Part shown: positions 52,501 through 61,500 of the stretch, in pieces
Layout of the letters: the number at the start of each line of letters is the position of its first letter
Position numbering within the stretch: position 1 is the stretch's first letter
Source: Paraphysomonas bandaiensis
Lineage: Eukaryota; Protista; Chrysophyceae
Assembly (NCBI GenBank): GCA_965644295.1
Contig: CBFFRP010000616.1
Location: 124,001 to 188,000, forward strand
Length of the DNA: 64,000 bases
Direction: 5' to 3'
The notes under the pieces: model-generated
Told to the model about the DNA's origin: nothing
What the model saw: only the letters and a program-made list of their open reading frames with translations
Databases searched by the model: none
Made by a program: the position numbers and the translations under genes

Positions 52501-55500
52501 GTGAATATTCGTCTGGTGAGATCGCATTAGCATCTGGTGAAACAGTAGAAAATTCGGGATTTATACACTTCAGTGTTGGAACTTCAACTACCGGGAGTGC
52601 AGGAAATATTCAAGTGTCTGGTGGTTATGGCTTTAAGCGTGGGTCTGATGTTAGTTTTGAAGGGGGTCATTCGGATTTACGTGGAGGAGATATAACTGTT
52701 CGTGGCGGACAGGGCTCATATGGAGGGAGCGTTAGCATTGTGTCAGGGTCTAGTGCATCTGCCGTATCGGAGAGTGGATCAATTGCTCTGTTGTCCGCTG
52801 ATTCCACTATAAGCGGTGATATAGTGATGTCTTCTGGTTTTGCTAGTTTGGGAGAATCTGGTGATGTGAGTATTTTATCGGGTGATTCTGAAATGTCTGA
52901 AGCTGGTGAAATTACTATAAAATCTGGAACTGGCTTTAGAGGTGAAAAGGGTGCTAATATTAACATTGACGCTGGTGGTGGTGATGGTAAAGGTGGATCT
53001 ATAATTATGACAAGTGGCTCCAGTGAGTCTGGTGTCCCTGGCGTTTTTGCGTTGACAACTGGTAGCAGTGTTCGTGGAAGTAGTGGTAGTATTCAAATTT
53101 CTACTGGGCATACACGTAAACAAGCTTCTGGAAGTATTGAATTATTTACTGGGACGACTACAACGGGGTGTGTTGGAAGTATTGTTCTGTCAACACCAGT
53201 GTCTCAGTCGACATCTAGCTCTGAGGGTGGTATTACTGCTTTGAGTGGTAGTTATTTGAAATTACTTACTGCAAATTATGGTAAAGGTGGATTGAGTGGC
53301 GAGATACAGCTTAGTACTGGAAAATCAAGTCGTGGCGACACTGGTGCTCTTATGATGAGTACGGGATCGTCTGTATCTGGAGCTGGCGGATCCATTGCCA
53401 TGAATGTCGGAAGTGGTAATTCAGGTGATGGTGGTAATGTTATGGTGGCTGCAGGTGATACATTCGCATGGAGTGGGGCCGGTGGCAATGTTTCTGTATC
53501 CGCTGGTCATGGTTTTGGTTCTACTGATTCGCTTGGTGGCCATGTGTCTATCAGCGGTGGTTCTGCGGCGACTTTTACTGGAGGTTCTGTATCTGTGACC
53601 TCTGGATCCGGTAAAACTGCTAGTGGTCTTGTTTCTATTCGTTCTGCGGATGGGATGAGCTCTAACAGTGGTCTTGTTCGTGTGCATTCTGGGAGTTCTA
53701 CAAGTGGTGCTTCTGGGACATTGGAACTGAGTACCGGTACTTCGTTTGAGTCAGCGGGGTCTATTATTTTATCTGTAGGCTCGTCGAAGCGTCGTGACGG
53801 CGGAGATGTTGCTATATCAGCTGGAGCCTCTTTTGCTTCGAAATCAAGTGGTGGTAATATTCGTATTGATGCTGGGAATGCCGAAGGTTTTTATGGTGTT
53901 GGGGGAACTGTATCTCTTCATGGAGGCTCTGCTCTCTCAGGCAGAGGTGGCGACTTGAATTTGACATCTGGCGAAAGTTTTGATAGTTCTAGCGGCAGTA
54001 TGTTTCTGCGTACCTCCAATGCGGGGCCTGCTGGAAGCAGTGGTATTATTGAGTTGACAACTGGAACAGCAAGGGTAGGTAATACTGGGTGGGTGAAAAT
54101 TTCCACTGGAGAGGCTCTAAGTTCTGGTAAAGGAGGGTCAATTGATATAAATGTCGGTACTGGTTCTAGTGGTTCGGGGGGCAGTATATCGATTCTTGCT
54201 GGTGAAAGTAGCCATTTCTCCGGTGGTAGTGTGACAGTTAAATCAGGATTTGGTTCAACGACTAGTAGTGGAGACGTCACTATAAAGTCCGCGAATGCTG
54301 GAAGTTTTGGATCTAGTGGGAAAATAGATTTGATGACTGGAACAACCTCCTATGGGAACAGTGGTACTATTCATATTCATTCTGGAAGTTCTCTGTCCGG
54401 ACAGGGTGGAAGTATTGAAATCCATGTTGGCTCTGGTACTAGCGGTGCCGGAGGCTATGTATTTATAGATGCTGGAAAGACGACGCATAATAAATATGGT
54501 GGTGATGTAGACATTAATACGGGTTACAGTCATCAGACTAGTAGTGGCTCCTTCACAGTGAAAACTGCAAATGCGGGTATAGCAGGTGTCAGTGGGCATT
54601 TAATGTTGTTATCTGGCACTGCAAGTAAAGGCAACAGCGGAAAAATAGCACTAAATACAGGTAATGCAAAATCTGGAAGAGGTGGAACGGTATATGTTAC
54701 AGTTGGTTCCGGTAATAGTGGATCTGGTGGTGAACTAGTGTTATCAGCTGGTACTTCATCTTCCCAGAGTGGTGGTCGTTTGACAATTATAAGTGGTTAT
54801 GGCTCGCGTGGTAGCAGTGGAGCATTGTCTTTGTTGACTGCTAATGCTGGATCATCTGGTGTGAGTGGTCAATTGGTGTTGAGTACTGGTACTTCTAGTC
54901 GAGGCAACAGTGGTTCGTTGTACATTGGCAGTGGATCTTCATCCAGTGGTCGTGGTGGTTCAGTGTATGTGACAGTAGGATCTGGCAACAGTGGATCAGG
55001 TGGAGAGTTGTCATTATCTGCTGGTACTTCATCTTCCCAGAGTGGTGGTCGTTTGACAATTGTTTCTGGTTATGGTTCTCGTGGTAGTAGTGGAGCATTG
55101 TCTTTGTTGACTGCCAATGCTGGATCATCTGGTGTGAGTGGTCAATTGGTGTTGAGTACTGGTACTTCTAGTAGAGGCAACAGTGGTTCGTTGTACATTG
55201 GCAGTGGATCTGCATCAAGTGGTCGTGGTGGTTCAGTGTATGTGACAGTAGGATCCGGCAACAGTGGATCAGGTGGTGAGTTGGCACTATCCGCTGGTAC
55301 TTCATCTTCCCAGAGTGGTGGTCGTTTGACAATAGTTACTGGGTATGGATCTGTGGGAAGTAGTGGAGCATTGTCCTTGTTGACTGCTAATGCTGGATCA
55401 TCTGGTGTGAGTGGTCAATTGGTGTTGAGTACTGGTACTTCTAGTCGAGGCAACAGTGGTTCGTTGTACATTGGCAGTGGATCTTCATCCAGTGGTCGTG

Positions 55501-58500
55501 GTGGTTCAGTGTATGTGACAGTAGGGTCCGGCAACAGTGGATCAGGTGGTGAGTTGGCATTGTCTGCAGGTACTTCATCTTCCCAGAGTGGTGGCCGTTT
55601 GACAATTGTAAGTGGTTATGGTTCTCGTGGTAGCAGTGGAGCGTTGTCTTTGTTGACTGCTAATGCTGGATCATCTGGTGTGAGTGGTCAATTGGTGTTG
55701 AGTACTGGTACTGCTAGTCGAGGCAACAGTGGTTCGTTGTACATTGGCAGTGGATCTGCATCCAGTGGTCGTGGTGGTTCAGTGTATGTGACAGTAGGAT
55801 CTGGCAACAGTGGTTCAGGTGGTGAGTTGTCATTATCTGCTGGTACTTCATCTTCCCAGAGTGGTGGTCGTTTGACAATTGTCAGTGGTTATGGTTCTCG
55901 TGGTAGCAGTGGAGCATTGTCTTTGTTGACTGCTAATGCAGGATCATCTGGTGTGAGTGGTCAATTGGTGTTGAGTACTGGTACTGCTAGTCGAGGCAAC
56001 AGTGGTTCGTTGTACATTGGCAGTGGATCTGCATCAAGTGGTCGTGGTGGTTCAGTGTATGTGACAGTAGGATCTGGCAACAGTGGTTCAGGTGGTGAGT
56101 TGATGTTGTCAGCTGGCGAGTCATCATCGGAGAGTGGTGGTCGTTTGACAATTGTCAGTGGTTATGGTTCTCGTGGTAGTAGTGGAGCATTGTCTTTGTT
56201 GACTGCTAATGCAGGATCATCTGGTGTGAGTGGTCAATTGGTATTGAGTACTGGTACTGCTAGTCAGGGCAACAGTGGTTCGTTGTACATTGGCAGTGGA
56301 TCTTCATCCAGTGGTCGTGGTGGTTCAGTGTATGTGACAGTGGGATCTGGCAACAGTGGATCAGGTGGTGAGTTGGCACTATCTGCTGGTACTTCATCTT
56401 CCCAGAGTGGTGGTCGTTTGACAATTGTAAGTGGTTATGGTTCTCGTGGTAGCAGTGGAGCATTGTCGATGTTGACTGCCAATGCTGGATCATCTGGTGT
56501 GAGTGGTCAATTGGTGTTGAGTACTGGTACTTCTAGTCGAGGCAACAGTGGTTCGTTGTACATTGGCAGTGGATCTGCATCAAGTGGTCGTGGTGGTTCA
56601 GTGTATGTGACAGTAGGGTCCGGCAACAGTGGATCAGGTGGTGAGTTGGCATTATCTGCTGGTACTTCATCTTCCCAGAGTGGTGGTCGTTTGACAATTG
56701 TCACTGGTTATGGTTCTCGTGGTAGTAGTGGAGCATTGTCTTTGTTGACTGCTAATGCTGGATCATCTGGTGTGAGTGGTCAATTGGTGTTGAGTACTGG
56801 TACTGCTAGTCGAGGCAACAGTGGTTCGTTGTACATTGGCAGTGGATCTGCATCCAGTGGTCGTGGTGGTTCAGTGTATGTGACAGTAGGATCTGGCAAC
56901 AGTGGATCAGGTGGTGAGTTGGCACTATCCGCTGGTACTTCATCTTCCCAGAGTGGTGGTCGTTTGACAATTGTAACTGGTTTCAGTTCAGAGCGATCCA
57001 GTGGAGCGTTGTCTTTGTTGACTGCTAATGCTGGATCATCTGGTGTGAGTGGTCAATTGGTGTTGAGTACTGGTACTGCTAGTCGAGGCAACAGTGGTTC
57101 GTTGTACATTGGCAGTGGATCTGCATCCAGTGGTCGTGGTGGTTCAGTGTATGTGACAGTAGGATCCGGCAACAGTGGATCAGGTGGCGAGTTGTCATTA
57201 TCTGCTGGTACTTCATCTTCCCAGAGTGGTGGTCGTTTGACAATTGTTACTGGTTATGGTTCTCGTGGTAGTAGTGGAGCATTGTCTTTGTTGACTGCTA
57301 ATGCTGGATCATCTGGTGTGAGTGGTCAATTGGTGTTGAGTACTGGAACTTCTAGTCGAGGCAACAGTGGTTCGTTGTACATTGGCAGTGGATCTGGTGC
57401 AAGTGGTCGTGGTGGTTCAGTGTATGTGACAGTAGGATCCGGCAACAGTGGTTCAGGTGGTGAGTTGATGTTGTCAGCTGGCGAGACATCATCGGAGAGT
57501 GGTGGTCGTTTGACAATTATAACTGGTTTCAGTTCAGAGCGATCCAGTGGAGCATTGTCTTTGTTGACTGCTAATGCTGGATCATCTGGTGTGAGTGGTC
57601 AATTGGTGTTGAGTACTGGTACTTCTAGTCGAGGCAACAGTGGTTCGTTGTACATTGGCAGTGGATCTGGTGCAAGTGGTCGTGGTGGTTCAGTGTATGT
57701 GACAGTAGGATCCGGCAACAGTGGTTCAGGTGGTGAGTTGTCATTATCTGCTGGTACTTCATCTTCCCAGAGTGGTGGTCGTTTGACAATTGTAAGTGGT
57801 TATGGTTCTCGTGGTAGCAGTGGAGCATTGTCTTTGTTGACTGCCAATGCTGGATCATCTGGTGTGAGTGGTCAATTGGTGTTGAGTACTGGTACTTCTA
57901 GTCGAGGCAACAGTGGTTCGTTGTACATTGGCAGTGGATCTGCATCAAGTGGTCGTGGTGGTTCAGTGTATGTGACAGTAGGGTCCGGCAACAGTGGATC
58001 AGGTGGTGAGTTGGCATTATCTGCTGGTACTTCATCTTCCCAGAGTGGTGGTCGTTTGACAATTGTTTCTGGTTATGGTTCTCGTGGTAGCAGTGGAGCG
58101 TTGTCTTTGTTGACTGCCAATGCTGGATCATCTGGTGTGAGTGGTCAATTGGTGTTGAGTACTGGTACTGCTAGTAGAGGCAACAGTGGTTCGTTGTACA
58201 TTGGTAGTGGATCTGCATCAAGTGGTCGTGGTGGTTCAGTGTATGTGACAGTAGGATCCGGCAACAGTGGATCAGGTGGTGAGTTGTCATTATCTGCTGG
58301 TACTTCATCTTCCCAGAGTGGTGGTCGTTTGACAATAGTTACTGGGTATGGATCTGTGGGAAGTAGTGGAGCATTGTCGATGTTGACTGCCAATGCAGGA
58401 TCATCTGGTGTGAGTGGTCAATTGGTGTTGAGTACTGGAACTTCTAGTAAGGGCAACAGTGGTTCGTTGTACATTGGTAGTGGATCTGCATCCAGTGGTC

Positions 58501-61500
58501 GTGGTGGTTCAGTATATGTGACAGTAGGATCTGGCAACAGTGGATCAGGTGGTGAGTTGGCATTATCTGCTGGTACTTCATCTTCCCAGAGTGGTGGTCG
58601 TTTGACAATTGTTTCTGGTTATGGTTCTCGTGGTAGCAGTGGAGCATTGTCTTTGTTGACTGCCAATGCTGGATCATCTGGTGTGAGTGGTCAATTGGTG
58701 TTGAGTACTGGTACTTCTAGTCGAGGCAACAGTGGATCGTTGTACATTGGCAGTGGATCTGGTGCAAGTGGTCGTGGTGGTTCAGTGTATGTGACAGTAG
58801 GATCTGGCAACAGTGGATCAGGTGGAGAGTTGATGTTGTCAGCTGGCGAGTCATCATCGGAGAGTGGTGGTCGTTTGACAATTGTAACTGGTTTCAGTTC
58901 AGAGCGATCCAGTGGAGCATTGTCCTTGTTGACTGCCAATGCAGGATCATCAGGTGTGAGTGGTCAATTGGTGTTGAGTACTGGAACTGCTAGTCGAGGC
59001 AACAGTGGATCGTTGTACATTGGCAGTGGATCTGGTGCAAGTGGCCGTGGTGGTTCAGTGTATGTGACAGTGGGATCAGGTGACAGTGGATCAGGTGGTG
59101 AGTTGATGTTGTCAGCTGGCGAGTCATCCTCGGAGAGTGGTGGTCGTTTGACAATTGTAACTGGTTTCAGTTCAGAGCGATCAAGTGGAGCGTTGTCTTT
59201 GTTGACTGCTAATGCTGGATCATCTGGTGTGAGTGGTCAATTGGTATTGAGTACTGGTACTGCTAGTCAGGGCAACAGTGGTTCGTTGTACATTGGTAGT
59301 GGATCTGCATCAAGTGGACGTGGTGGTTCAGTGTATGTGACAGTAGGATCAGGTGACAGTGGTTCTGGTGGTGAGTTGATGATGTCAGCTGGCGAGTCAT
59401 CATCGGAGAGTGGTGGTCGTTTGACAATTGTAAGTGGTTATGGTTCTCGTGGTAGTAGTGGAGCATTGTTTCTGTGGACTGCTAATGCAGGATCATCTGG
59501 TGTGAGTGGTCAATTGGTGTTGAGTACTGGTACTTCTAGTAGAGGCAACAGTGGATCGTTGTACATTGGCAGTGGATCTGCATCAAGTGGTCGTGGTGGT
59601 TCAGTGTATGTGACAGTAGGATCTGGCAACAGTGGATCAGGTGGTGAGTTGATGTTGTCAGCTGGCGAGTCATCATCGGAGAGTGGTGGTCGTTTGACAA
59701 TTGTAACTGGTTTCAGTTCAGAGCGATCCAGTGGAGCATTGTCTCTGTTGACTGCTAATGCTGGATCATCTGGTGTGAGTGGTCAATTGGTGTTGAGTAC
59801 TGGTACTGCTAGTCGAGGCAACAGTGGTTCGTTGTACATTGGCAGTGGATCTGCATCAAGTGGTCGTGGTGGTTCAGTGTATGTGACAGTAGGATCTGGC
59901 AACAGTGGATCAGGTGGTGAGTTGATGTTGTCAGCTGGCGAGTCATCATCGGAGAGTGGTGGTCGTTTGACAATTGTAACTGGTTTCAGTTCAGAGCGAT
60001 CTAGTGGAGCATTGTCTTTGTTGACTGCTAATGCTGGATCATCTGGTGTGAGTGGTCAATTGGTGTTGAGTACTGGTACTTCTAGTAAGGGCAACAGTGG
60101 TTCGTTGTACATTGGCAGTGGATCTGCATCAAGTGGTCGTGGTGGTTCAGTGTATGTGACAGTAGGATCTGGCAACAGTGGATCAGGTGGTGAGTTGATG
60201 TTGTCAGCTGGTACTTCATCTTCCCAGAGTGGTGGTCGTTTGACAATTGTAACTGGTTCTGGATCTGTGGGAAGTAGTGGAGCATTGTCTCTGTTGACTG
60301 CTAATGCTGGATCATCTGGTGTGAGTGGTCAATTGGTGTTGAGTACTGGTACTTCTAGTCGAGGCAACAGTGGTTCGTTGTACATTGGCAGTGGATCTGC
60401 ATCCAGTGGTCGTGGTGGTTCAGTGTATGTGACAGTAGGGTCCGGCAACAGTGGATCAGGTGGTGAGTTGGCACTATCCGCTGGTACTTCATCTTCCCAG
60501 AGTGGTGGTCGTTTGACAATTGTTTCTGGGTATGGGTCTCAAGGTTCGAGTGGAGCATTGTCTTTGTTGACTGCTAATGCTGGATCATCTGGTGTGAGTG
60601 GTCAATTGGTGTTGAGTACTGGCTTCGCATCCTTAGGTAACAGTGGTTCTATATATATTGGATCTTCTTCTGCATCTAGTGGTCGTGGTGGTTCAGTGTA
60701 TGTGACAGTAGGGTCCGGCAACAGTGGTTCTGGTGGTGAGTTGGTGTTGTCAGCTGGTACTTCATCTTCCCAGAGCGGTGGACGGCTCTCTATTGTGTCT
60801 GGTTATGGTTCCTCAAGAAGTAGTGGGGCCATATCACTACAAACAGCTCCTTCAGGATCTTTAGGAGTTAGTGGTCATATTATTTTAAGCACCGGCAGCT
60901 CAAGTCGGGGGAACACCGGATCTCTATACATTGGCAGTGGAACTGCGTCAAGTGGTCGTGGTGGTTCAGTGTATGTGACAGTAGGATCAGGTGACAGTGG
61001 ATCAGGTGGTGAGTTGATGTTGTCAGCTGGCGAGTCATCATCGGAGAGTGGTGGTCGTTTGACAATTGTAACTGGTTTCAGTTCAGAGCGATCCAGTGGA
61101 GCATTGTCCTTGTTGACTGCTAATGCTGGATCATCTGGTGTGAGTGGTCAATTGGTGTTGAGTACTGGTACTTCTAGTAGAGGCAACAGTGGTTCATTGT
61201 ACATTGGCAGTGGAACTGCGTCAAGTGGTCGTGGTGGTTCAGTGTATGTGACAGTAGGATCAGGTGACAGTGGATCAGGTGGAGAGTTGATGTTGTCAGC
61301 TGGCGAGTCATCATCGGAGAGTGGTGGTCGTTTGACAATTGTTACTGGTTACAGTTCAGAGCGATCCAGTGGAGCATTGTCCTTGTTGACTGCTAATGCT
61401 GGATCATCAGGTGTGAGTGGCCAATTGGTGTTGAGTACTGGTACTGCTAGTAAGGGCAACAGTGGTTCGTTGTACATTGGCAGTGGATCTGGTGCAAGTG

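Noticed and set aside
53331-53339. RGD integrin-binding motif
   Set aside because: It is a single variant of the repeat's RGN position and is expected by chance in a Gly-rich protein of this size.
1312-53598. Short Val/Leu-rich + strand ORFs that look like membrane proteins
   Set aside because: They are off-frame (frame 1) readings of the Gly/Ser repeats (GTG/CTG from GGT-GGT, TCT-GGT) and overlap the real frame-3 CDS.
132-54725. PE-PGRS, ice-nucleation protein, RTX, collagen or silk assignment
   Set aside because: It lacks the GGAGGxGG/PE domain, AGYGSTxT octamers, GGxGxDxL nonamers, Gly-X-Y triplets and poly-Ala/GAGAGS blocks. The similarity is only compositional.
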